Shown: positions 21,632-29,780 of the stretch, in pieces
Position numbering within the stretch: the stretch's first letter is position 1
How the letters are laid out: the number at the start of each line of letters is the position of its first letter
Assembly (NCBI GenBank): GCA_964551375.1
Contig: CAZKBG010000001.1
Location: 240,001 to 272,000 of the forward strand
Direction: 5' to 3'
Origin: an uncultured archaeon
Lineage (GTDB): Archaea > Iainarchaeota > Iainarchaeia > Iainarchaeales > JAAZKV01
DNA length: 32,000 nt
Program-made: the position numbers and the translations under genes
Notes under the pieces: generated by a model
What the model saw: the letters and a program-made list of their open reading frames with translations, nothing else
The model's database searches: none
Told to the model about the DNA's origin: nothing

Positions 21632-24600
21632 ATGCAAAAAATTAATCAAGCAATAATTATCCTGATTTGTGTTGCACTTATCCCAACTTTCATTAATGCC
21701 GCGACATATTACCCATCAGTAACTCTTTCATGCAAAGCTGCGGTCGGACAAATTGGAAATTCAAATCCAGGGTGCACAGTTGACGGCCCGCCAAACTTTT
21801 CTTCAATAAGCGCGGGCGGAGGATGCCCATACCAAGGAGCAACTGCATTCAATGGAGGAATTATGGCAAGATTTGGAGGAAGCAACTGCACAGGAAGCGC
21901 AACTTTCACTTGCAATAATGCAGCATGCGCACTTGATGACGCATATAACTACCCTTCAACATCGCTGTCCTGCACTACAGGCGCATGCGGAGTCGGAGGA
22001 TGCCCTCAATGTTATCTTGATAACGTAGCAGGATACTGGCTTGATGGAACAGTTTGTTACGGAGACTGGGGAAGCGGAGGATATTTATATTACTCTTGCA
22101 GCGGACAATATGCGACAGCAAGAGCAAATAGAAAATGCATCAGCGCAGGATGCGCAACTGCAAAACCAGGGGCTTGCGGAACAGCAAACGCAAAAACATA
22201 CGGATTTACTGCAACAGGATTTGGCGCCGACACTATTTGTTCAATAGGAACATCAACCCCATCAACAGTTTCATTCCCAGCAGCAGGATCAACTGCATCA
22301 TGGACTTGCCGAACAGCAACTGGAAGCGCAAATTGCAGCGCAACACATAGCGCAGCGGCTAATTGCAGCGCAGGCGGCGTGACTGTTTTGCACGGCGCTT
22401 CAAGAACATTTTATCAAACATCAACAGTTGCGTGTGGAGCTTCATGCGCATCAGTAGCGCAAACAAGGACCTGCAATAACGGCACTCTTTCAGGAACATA
22501 TACTAATGCAACATGCACAGAGCCCCCAGCAATTAATGGAAATTGGACTTCGTGGAGCGCATGTAATTCCGGAATAAAAACACGAACCTGCACTAACCCT
22601 TCGCCGTCATGCGGAGGAGCAGGATGCAGCGGACTTTCAAGCGACTCATGCACAAATGCTTCATGCGGAACTAACGCAAGAGCACACACTGCAGTTGAAA
22701 GCACATTCACAGGAACATTCTGCGCAAGCGGAAATGCCCCAGCAACAACCCCCTCCTTTCCAGCATCAGGGGCAAGCACAACATGGACTTGCACTGGAAT
22801 TAATGGAGGAACTAATTCCACATGCACCGCAACAAGAGCCGCTGGAGGAGTTCCAACAGCGACATGCGCTGATTTATCAATATCAACAGGATTTAGATTA
22901 AGCACTCAAGTAGGTTGTTTTTATGTTGATGCAAATATTATTAACAACTCAGGAAAAAACTTTGCAGGAAGTTCAAATGCAAGGTTAATTGTAAGAAATC
23001 CAATAACAGCAACAAATGCATATGTATTCAATCAATCTCCAGAAGCAGGGGACAACTATGGATGGTGGCTATATGACCAATTTAGCTGTATTGGAGCAAC
23101 TGGAAATCCATGGGTTTCCACAACATATCCTTATGCACATTGCATAGCATATGATGTCGCAAATTGGCCTGCATTAATTGCAAGCAACCAACTAATTGGA
23201 AGCGATAATTCGCCGTATATGAAAATGAAGACAACATTTACAGGATGGCTTACAGAAAGCGGCAAAAGATATCCCTATATTGATTTTACTTTGCCCGCAC
23301 TTACAAACGGACAAAAGGCAAGTGTTCCAACAATGCAGTGGCTTTGTCATAGATTAAGAAACCCGCTTGCAGCAGATATGACTTATGAACTAAACTGCAC
23401 ACCAACAGCGGTAAATAATCCCCCATTACTTTTAGACTTTAACCTTGCGACAACTGTTAATTCAGCCGTTAAGTCAGAACTTCTTACAAATTATGTTACT
23501 GACGAATCGCCTTCAACTTTAACTTACCAAATCACTTCCGAAAACACTGCGCAAGTGGACTGCGCAATCAGCGACAAAAATATTCTTTACACACCTGCGG
23601 CAAATTACGCTGGAAACGCAACATGTGTAATTAGAGTTACTGATGATGGAGGACTCACAAGCACTGCGACTGCAAGAATAACTGTTTCAGGAGAAATTGC
23701 AAACTGCATTGGGGCTAATTGCATTCAAGGAAAAACTGGAGTATGCGGAAGAACATCAGGAGGAGCAATACCTTTAGTGAATATAACGCTCCCCCCATAT
23801 GATGCAAACACAATCGCATACTGGATAATGAGAGCAAATAATCGCGCAGGCCCATATATACTCTTAGGAGCATACGGCTACCAGCCAATTACAGTAAATG
23901 ACTCTTATGACTTAAATGCGGGACTTGTTTATTATTACAACTTTGCAAAGCACAGCAGATTCGGCGACAACAATGTTGTAAGAACAGAAGCTTACTGCGC
24001 GCAGGCATACTGTTCAGTGATGCAATGCGGAGGAAATATTGACGCAAACTGGAGCGCAATTGCTGGATCAAACAAATACTTTGTTTATGTTTCTACTGAC
24101 AACAATATTTTCACAAAAGTAACTGGAATGAGTTGCGATGTAAGTTTCCCTTCAGGAATGGGTGTAGTAACAACAGAAACCCAGTTTAATTCAGTATGCT
24201 CAACAAATTTCACAATCCCTAGACTTAATCCAAACACTTTGTACTACTTCAAAGTTGAGGGAAGGAGCAGATACTACGGCGGAGAAAGTTCACAAGGATT
24301 TACCGGAACAGCAACTGCAGTGTCCTCTCAGCTATGCACAACAACGCCAGCCCCTCCCTGCACTGCGCCAATAAATGGAATTTGCGGAAATGCATCCACT
24401 GCTTACGCAGTAGGAACTACAACTTGGCCAGTGGGAGCAGTATTCTGCGCTGATGGAAATGCAATTCCTTCCTCGCCAACATTCCCAATTGCAGGAACCC
24501 CAACAATATGGGACTGCAACGGACTAAATGGAGGAAATAGTGTAACATGCAATGCAACAGTAGGAGCATGCTCGCCTGACACAAACACTGATGCTTATCA

Positions 24601-25279
24601 CTGCGCAAGAGCTAATGCTGAATGTGGAAATATCACTGTTCAAAACGGAAATTGCGGAAATAAAACAGTGAATTGCGGACCTGATACTAATGCATGCAAT
24701 ACAATGTACGGCACATGCAATACAGCAGGAGTAAAAACATGCAGCGCAAATAAATACTCGCTTACTTGCGCAACAGTTGACCCAAGAATTTCATACTGCG
24801 CAACAAGAGTTTGCGGAAGCGATTTGTGCGGCGGAACTTGCGGAAGCGGATGCGGAGCAGGACTTACATGCAACGCAAGCGGACAATGCATACCCGCTCC
24901 AGAAAACTCAATCACTTCACTTTCAGCAATTTATGACGGAAACTTAAACCTTGAATCACAGTGCGCATTTGAACAGCCAAATGCAAGAATGATAATTAAT
25001 TACCTTGACACAAATGAAGAAATCGCAAACTACAGCCCTTATTTGTGCGGAGCAACATCACAAACACAAATAAAAAATATCCCAAACCTTCGCTCAAACA
25101 CAAATCTTGTGATAACACTCACAATTCCTGCGCCATGCGATGTGTGCATAAAAACAATTTATCTTCCAATTAAAGCAGTGAATCAAAAAACCGAATCAAT
25201 TCCTGACAATAATTTAATTGCAGTAATTTTAGTACTCGCAGCCGCAGTAATTCTAATCTCAGCAAAGCGAAGAAATTAA
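21632..25279 (+). CDS. giant cysteine-rich mosaic surface protein (signal peptide, multiple disulfide-rich and beta-sandwich modules, C-terminal TM anchor)
   Basis: 1215 aa. N-terminal signal MQKINQAIIILICVALIPTFINA. C-terminal LIAVILVLAAAVILISAKRRN (TM plus basic tail). Many Cys and many N-x-S/T sequons. Modules are described in the findings. The long antisense ORFs inside it are artefacts of the compositional bias. Confidence 0.9.
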   Translation: MQKINQAIIILICVALIPTFINAATYYPSVTLSCKAAVGQIGNSNPGCTVDGPPNFSSISAGGGCPYQGATAFNGGIMARFGGSNCTGSATFTCNNAACALDDAYNYPSTSLSCTTGACGVGGCPQCYLDNVAGYWLDGTVCYGDWGSGGYLYYSCSGQYATARANRKCISAGCATAKPGACGTANAKTYGFTATGFGADTICSIGTSTPSTVSFPAAGSTASWTCRTATGSANCSATHSAAANCSAGGVTVLHGASRTFYQTSTVACGASCASVAQTRTCNNGTLSGTYTNATCTEPPAINGNWTSWSACNSGIKTRTCTNPSPSCGGAGCSGLSSDSCTNASCGTNARAHTAVESTFTGTFCASGNAPATTPSFPASGASTTWTCTGINGGTNSTCTATRAAGGVPTATCADLSISTGFRLSTQVGCFYVDANIINNSGKNFAGSSNARLIVRNPITATNAYVFNQSPEAGDNYGWWLYDQFSCIGATGNPWVSTTYPYAHCIAYDVANWPALIASNQLIGSDNSPYMKMKTTFTGWLTESGKRYPYIDFTLPALTNGQKASVPTMQWLCHRLRNPLAADMTYELNCTPTAVNNPPLLLDFNLATTVNSAVKSELLTNYVTDESPSTLTYQITSENTAQVDCAISDKNILYTPAANYAGNATCVIRVTDDGGLTSTATARITVSGEIANCIGANCIQGKTGVCGRTSGGAIPLVNITLPPYDANTIAYWIMRANNRAGPYILLGAYGYQPITVNDSYDLNAGLVYYYNFAKHSRFGDNNVVRTEAYCAQAYCSVMQCGGNIDANWSAIAGSNKYFVYVSTDNNIFTKVTGMSCDVSFPSGMGVVTTETQFNSVCSTNFTIPRLNPNTLYYFKVEGRSRYYGGESSQGFTGTATAVSSQLCTTTPAPPCTAPINGICGNASTAYAVGTTTWPVGAVFCADGNAIPSSPTFPIAGTPTIWDCNGLNGGNSVTCNATVGACSPDTNTDAYHCARANAECGNITVQNGNCGNKTVNCGPDTNACNTMYGTCNTAGVKTCSANKYSLTCATVDPRISYCATRVCGSDLCGGTCGSGCGAGLTCNASGQCIPAPENSITSLSAIYDGNLNLESQCAFEQPNARMIINYLDTNEEIANYSPYLCGATSQTQIKNIPNLRSNTNLVITLTIPAPCDVCIKTIYLPIKAVNQKTESIPDNNLIAVILVLAAAVILISAKRRN

Positions 25280-25329
25280 CTTCTTAAAACCTTTCGCCAA
25301 ATAACTGGACGGCAAACCTCTTCGAGAGG

Positions 25330-25337
25330 ATTTAAAA
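25330..25337 (+). promoter_or_regulatory. TATA box of the hef promoter (leaderless start)
   Basis: atttaaaa is centred about 26 nt upstream of the ATG at 25360, and no SD lies between them. Confidence 0.45.
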
Positions 25338-25359
25338 CCCCTCGAAACACAACTCTTGC

Positions 25360-27795
25360 ATGGCATTTGTAACGCACAAACTCATAAAGCCTGACGCGGT
25401 AGAAGCAAGACTATATCAGGAAGTTTTAGTGTCAAGAATTGCTGATAAGGGAAACACGCTTGTTGTAGCCCCCACTGCGCTAGGAAAAACAATTGTCGCA
25501 GTAATGCTCACAGCATATTTACTTGAACACCAGCCCGAAAAGAAAATCCTCTTCCTTGCCCCCACTAAACCTCTTGTAGTACAGCATGAAAAAAGCTACA
25601 AAAAGTTCATGGCAATTGATGAAAATGACATTGTCGCAATCACAGGAACTACAAAGACAAATGAAAGGGAAAAACTTTACAAAACAAAAAAAATAATCAA
25701 CGCAACCCCGCAGACAATTGAAAATGACCTGCTCACAGGCAAAATCAGATTGGATGATTTCGGGCTTGTCATATTTGATGAAGCGCACAGAGCAATCGGA
25801 GACTATGCTTATGTGTTTATTAATCTCCAGCTCCAAAAACAAAATCCAAAAGCATTGGTTCTTGCATTAACCGCAAGCCCCGGAAGCGAAGAAGAGCACA
25901 TACAGGATGTTTGCAGGAATTTAAGCATTAAAAATATTGAAATCAAAGACGCAAGCGATCATGATGTTAAGCCGTACGTGAATGAAATAGAAATTGACTG
26001 GGTAAAAGTGGATCTTCCCCAGGATTTTATGAAAATAAAACAGCACCTTGAAGAGTTTCAGGAGAAACAGCTCAAAACACTAAAATCGCTTGGAGTGGCA
26101 ATGACGGCAAACAAGAGATACTATAACAAAATTAGGCTTCTTGAAATGCAGGCAGTAATTAGAAAGAGAATAATTTCACACGGAAAAAGCCAGCCGAGCT
26201 TATTTTTCGCAGCAAGCAGATGCGCAGCAATGCTAAAAGTATCCCACGCGGAAGAATTAATTGAAACACAAGGAATTGGAGCGTTGAATAACTATTTTTC
26301 AAAACTTGAAGAAGACGCAATGAAAGGAAAAAGCAAAGCCGCAAGAGCAATACTTGCTGATGAAGAAATCAAACTCGCAATAATTCTTACGCGAAAACTT
26401 TTCCACAATAAAGTACAGCACCCAAAATACGCTGAGCTGAAAAAGATTATTCTAAAACAATTAAGCGAACAGCCTGAAAGCAAAATAATTGTATTTAACC
26501 ATTACAGAGATTCGATTAAAGAAGTGGTTGAGTTTTTGCACAACAATACTGACGAAATGCTTGCCAACGGAAATAATCCAATAAAAGCGACAAAATTCAT
26601 AGGGCAGGCAACTAAAGGCACGGAAAAAGGAATGAGCCAAAAATTACAGCAGGAAGTGCTTGATGAACTTCGAAGCGGAGAGCATAACGTTATTGTTGCA
26701 AGCTCTGTTGCAGAAGAAGGGCTTGACATACCGGCAGTGGAGCTTGTAGTATTTTTTGAGCCGGTGCCAAGCGAAATAAGAACAATTCAAAGAAGAGGAA
26801 GAACTGGAAGATTTTCAAAAGGAAAAACAATAATATTAATGGCGAAGAATACAAGAGACGAGGCATTTTACTGGACTGCAAGAAACAAAGAACGCAAAAT
26901 GAAAGAAACATTAAATACTATGAAAAAATCAGATACATTCGCGCTCCCAGAGCAGACGCTTCTCACAACTTACGCTGAAGACAAAGGCGAGCAGATAATT
27001 ATTTTTGTTGATTCACGCGAGCAGGCATCTACCGTGAATAAAGAGCTTTTTGAAAAACCGCAGGTAAAAGTTATTATGAAAGCGCTTGATGTGGGAGATT
27101 ATATTTTAAGCAAAGATGTGTGCGTTGAGAGAAAAACAACTGAAGATTTCATCAGCTCAATGATTGACGGAAGATTATTCAACCAAATAAAAAGCATGAG
27201 AGAGAATTACGCAAAACCATTAGTTATAATTGAAGGAAATATGAACGAAATGTACACGCTCCGCAATATTCACAAAAACGCAATCATTGGCGCGCTCACA
27301 AGCATTGCCCTTGACTACCAAGTCGCAATTATTAATACAAAAAATGACGCAGAAACCGCGGAATACATTTACGCAATTGCAAAAAGAGAACAGCTTGGAC
27401 AGGACAAAGAAGTAAGGCTTCGAGTGGGAAGAAAAGGATTCACGCTTGAAGAACAGCAGAGATTCATTATGGAAGGGCTCCCAATGGTGGGACCGACTCT
27501 TGCAAAATCACTGCTTGAAAAGTTTGGAACAATACAAAATATCGCAAACGCAAACGAAAAGGATTTGCAAAAAGTGGATAATTTAGGATTAAAGAAAGCA
27601 AAACTAATCCACAAAGTTCTTCAAACCAAATTTGACCCTGAAAAGAAATACGAGCTTGACGAAGCAAATGACGAACTTAATGAAGAACACTCAAAAAGCG
27701 AAACCGCAGGCAGTGAGGAAGAAAGTTTTGATATTTTAACAACAAGCGACGGAGAAAAATTTGAAAATGGAGAAGGAGATGAAACTAATGAGTGA
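25360..27795 (+). CDS. hef: Hef: SF2 helicase fused to an ERCC4/XPF-type nuclease and an HhH2 domain
   Basis: Helicase motifs APTALGKT (I), FDEAHR (II), TASPG (III) and QRRGRTGR (VI). Nuclease VDSREQ...GDYILS...VERKTTEDFISSMIDGRLFNQ (ERK-x3-D). HhH2 LPMVGPTLAKSLLEKFGTIQNIANANEKDLQKVDNLGLKKAKLI. Acidic C-terminal tail. Confidence 0.9.
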   Translation: MAFVTHKLIKPDAVEARLYQEVLVSRIADKGNTLVVAPTALGKTIVAVMLTAYLLEHQPEKKILFLAPTKPLVVQHEKSYKKFMAIDENDIVAITGTTKTNEREKLYKTKKIINATPQTIENDLLTGKIRLDDFGLVIFDEAHRAIGDYAYVFINLQLQKQNPKALVLALTASPGSEEEHIQDVCRNLSIKNIEIKDASDHDVKPYVNEIEIDWVKVDLPQDFMKIKQHLEEFQEKQLKTLKSLGVAMTANKRYYNKIRLLEMQAVIRKRIISHGKSQPSLFFAASRCAAMLKVSHAEELIETQGIGALNNYFSKLEEDAMKGKSKAARAILADEEIKLAIILTRKLFHNKVQHPKYAELKKIILKQLSEQPESKIIVFNHYRDSIKEVVEFLHNNTDEMLANGNNPIKATKFIGQATKGTEKGMSQKLQQEVLDELRSGEHNVIVASSVAEEGLDIPAVELVVFFEPVPSEIRTIQRRGRTGRFSKGKTIILMAKNTRDEAFYWTARNKERKMKETLNTMKKSDTFALPEQTLLTTYAEDKGEQIIIFVDSREQASTVNKELFEKPQVKVIMKALDVGDYILSKDVCVERKTTEDFISSMIDGRLFNQIKSMRENYAKPLVIIEGNMNEMYTLRNIHKNAIIGALTSIALDYQVAIINTKNDAETAEYIYAIAKREQLGQDKEVRLRVGRKGFTLEEQQRFIMEGLPMVGPTLAKSLLEKFGTIQNIANANEKDLQKVDNLGLKKAKLIHKVLQTKFDPEKKYELDEANDELNEEHSKSETAGSEEESFDILTTSDGEKFENGEGDETNE

Positions 27796-28297
27796 AATGA
27801 ATAAAATTGATTCGGAAAATAAAGAATTTAATAAAATACTCAGCAGTTTTTTAGTTGAAGCAAAAATAAAAGCGTACGCAAGCGGAATAAAATACAAAAC
27901 GACACAGGAAGGGTTAAACGAGTTTGAATACCAAGTGGGCAATTACAGGTTCAAGGACACTTATTTTGGGCACTACGCATTCAGCGGAATAGAAATAATA
28001 TGGCATAAAGAGGAGCCAATCTGGGCGATGAACTATTTTGGCTCAACAGACGAAGAAGTGTCAAAAAACAGCGTACTTACAAGCGTATGCTATTCTCTAT
28101 TAAGACAGGCGCTAAGCATGGTTGGAGAAAACAATCCATTCAGGGGCCCAAAATCTCTAATCAGCGGAAAATGGGAATACAAAAACAACTCAAAAGGCAA
28201 AATCAGCAGATTTTTTGGAAAAGAAAGCATTCTTTACAAAGGAAAAGAAGTGTACAACTTAGCGTATTTTGGCGGGTTTTCAAAGGGAAAAGAATAA
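27788..28297 (+). CDS. DUF5680-like protein
   Basis: FLVEAKIKAYASG...EFEYQVGNYRFKDTYFG...FSGIEIIW...EPIWAMNYFG...LRQAL...NPFRGP...WEY...FFGKESI...GKEVYNLAYFGG matches my memory of the DUF5680 consensus. The ORF opens at 27761. Candidate ATGs at 27788 and 27797 overlap or abut the hef stop (27793-27795). Confidence 0.65.
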   Translation: MSEMNKIDSENKEFNKILSSFLVEAKIKAYASGIKYKTTQEGLNEFEYQVGNYRFKDTYFGHYAFSGIEIIWHKEEPIWAMNYFGSTDEEVSKNSVLTSVCYSLLRQALSMVGENNPFRGPKSLISGKWEYKNNSKGKISRFFGKESILYKGKEVYNLAYFGGFSKGKE

Positions 28298-28395
28298 CGC
28301 ATAACAAAGTCAGTTTTTCCCTCTCAAAACAACATTTAAAAACCTGCACTATAACAAGTTTTGTATTCTATATTAGAAGCAATTGGTGAGTTAAA

Positions 28396-28803
28396 ATGGT
28401 TCAGTGGCACATGAGAGACGATAAGAAGCCAAGCGGCGGAAAAAGAAATACTGTTAACGCGGTAGACAAAAAACTTGCTTGGAAAGGCGGAGCAAGCGCA
28501 ATGACTAAAACTGATTCAACTGTTAAAGCAAACAAGGTTGAAATGAAAAAAGGGCTTGGGTCAACAATAAAAGTAAGAGCTCTTGAAGTTAAATTTGCAA
28601 ATGTTACTGATAGAAAAGGAAAAGTAATCAAGGCAGAAATTGTTTCAGTAAAGGACAACAACGCAAACAGACTTTATGGAAGAGCAAATATCTCCACTAA
28701 AGGCGCGATAATCCGGGTAAAAGTTGATGGAAGCGAAAAACTTGCTGAAGTAACAAACAGACCGGGGCAAGAAGGCGTAGTTAACGCAAAGTTAATGGAA
28801 TAA
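28396..28803 (+). CDS. rps8e: ribosomal protein S8e
   Basis: WHMRDDKKPSGGKR N-terminus, NANRLYGRANISTKGAIIRV and VTNRPGQEGVVNAKL match the S8e pattern. ATG is preceded by TGGTGAG. Confidence 0.85.
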   Translation: MVQWHMRDDKKPSGGKRNTVNAVDKKLAWKGGASAMTKTDSTVKANKVEMKKGLGSTIKVRALEVKFANVTDRKGKVIKAEIVSVKDNNANRLYGRANISTKGAIIRVKVDGSEKLAEVTNRPGQEGVVNAKLME

Positions 28804-28826
28804 ATAATAAATCTTATTTTAACAGC

Positions 28827-28859
28827 GCAGACAATTGTCTGCCCTGAATATATTTTTTT
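28827..28859. terminator. perfect 16-nt palindrome plus T7 between convergent genes
   Basis: gcagacaattgtctgc (28827-28842) is followed by ttttttt (28853-28859). It sits between the 3' ends of rps8e (+) and 28897..29505 (-). Confidence 0.45.
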
Positions 28860-28896
28860 ATTTGCACTAATAACTTTCTCAATTCTTTTTCACTTT

Positions 28897-29505
28897 TTAC
28901 CAATCTTTAACCATTCTAAACCCGCGCTTTGTTTTTTGAAGAACAAACTGCTGGCGAATCTGCGCTCCAAGCAAATATCCGCCTGGACGAAGGCTCTTCC
29001 ACGCATTAACAAGCGTCCTTCTTCTCTCGCTTTCAGTCATGTAGTTAGTAACAGTGGCAAGTCTTAACGCATCGCACTTAAAGGGAAGGGGCTTTCTTGA
29101 AAGAGAATGAAACATCGGCTCAACATCACCCTGTTTTAGGGGCATTTTATGCCCGGCTAAATTCTTTTTGGCTGCATCAGCATTAAATTTCATTATATCA
29201 ATAGCAACCACTCGCGAATCTGCTCCAAGAGCATGCTTAGCGTCAAAAGAAGTTGGAGCACCGATTGAATTTGCCGCTCCAATATCAGCAAATACCTTGA
29301 TTTCAGCCCTATGCTCGCGCAAAAAAGCATCATGTTCAGACAGGCGCTTTGGGGCGGAATAAACAGTGTGAACGACTCTTCTCAGCGTCATTGTTCTACG
29401 CTCATTTTTTGTCTTTGCCCCTGAAAGAAAATAACTCGCAAGGCCCCTAGACCCTCTTCCCCAGTTCATTTCGCCGTTAACACTTGGAACTTTTGGCGCA
29501 GGCAT
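28897..29505 (-). CDS. orphan protein with a degenerate class I methyltransferase-like pattern
   Basis: KVFADIGAANSIG (motif I-like, GxGxG degraded), VVAIDI (beta2 acidic end), CDALRLATVTNYM (motif IV-like) and LRPGGYLL. Arg-rich N-terminus. Confidence 0.6.
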   Translation of the reverse strand: MPAPKVPSVNGEMNWGRGSRGLASYFLSGAKTKNERRTMTLRRVVHTVYSAPKRLSEHDAFLREHRAEIKVFADIGAANSIGAPTSFDAKHALGADSRVVAIDIMKFNADAAKKNLAGHKMPLKQGDVEPMFHSLSRKPLPFKCDALRLATVTNYMTESERRRTLVNAWKSLRPGGYLLGAQIRQQFVLQKTKRGFRMVKDW

Positions 29506-29780
29506 AAAAAATCACTAATAAAATTACTGCAGAGGAGCAATAAAAACGCTCCCCCCGGGCAGGAAGACTAAATCAACCCCTAACTTTTCATTTAAAACAC
29601 TACAAAAGCAGTAATTTGAGTCAATTTATTGAGCCCTTTATATGCTTGGAATTATCCCCAAACATTTATAAACTTGCTTAATGGCTATTTATATAATTAA
29701 GCGCTGGTGAACTATTTTTTCTGTTTTGATTAACTCCCAACAGAATAAATACTAGTGCAAATTTTTAAAGGGTGGTAAAT

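Noticed and set aside
22414-22905. A 163-aa antisense ORF, and other 60-90-aa ORFs on both strands inside the surface-protein gene.
   Set aside because: They lie entirely within a strongly supported 1215-aa CDS. Their translations are low-complexity (Val/Pro/Ala/His-rich), which is typical of the reverse strand of a Thr/Cys/Gly/Ala-rich gene.
25317-25347. The inverted repeat TTCGAG...CTCGAA flanking the hef TATA box as a repressor operator.
   Set aside because: It is only 6 bp per arm with a competing 5-bp hairpin (CCTCT-TCG-AGAGG), which is too short to separate from chance or from a terminator of the upstream surface-protein gene.
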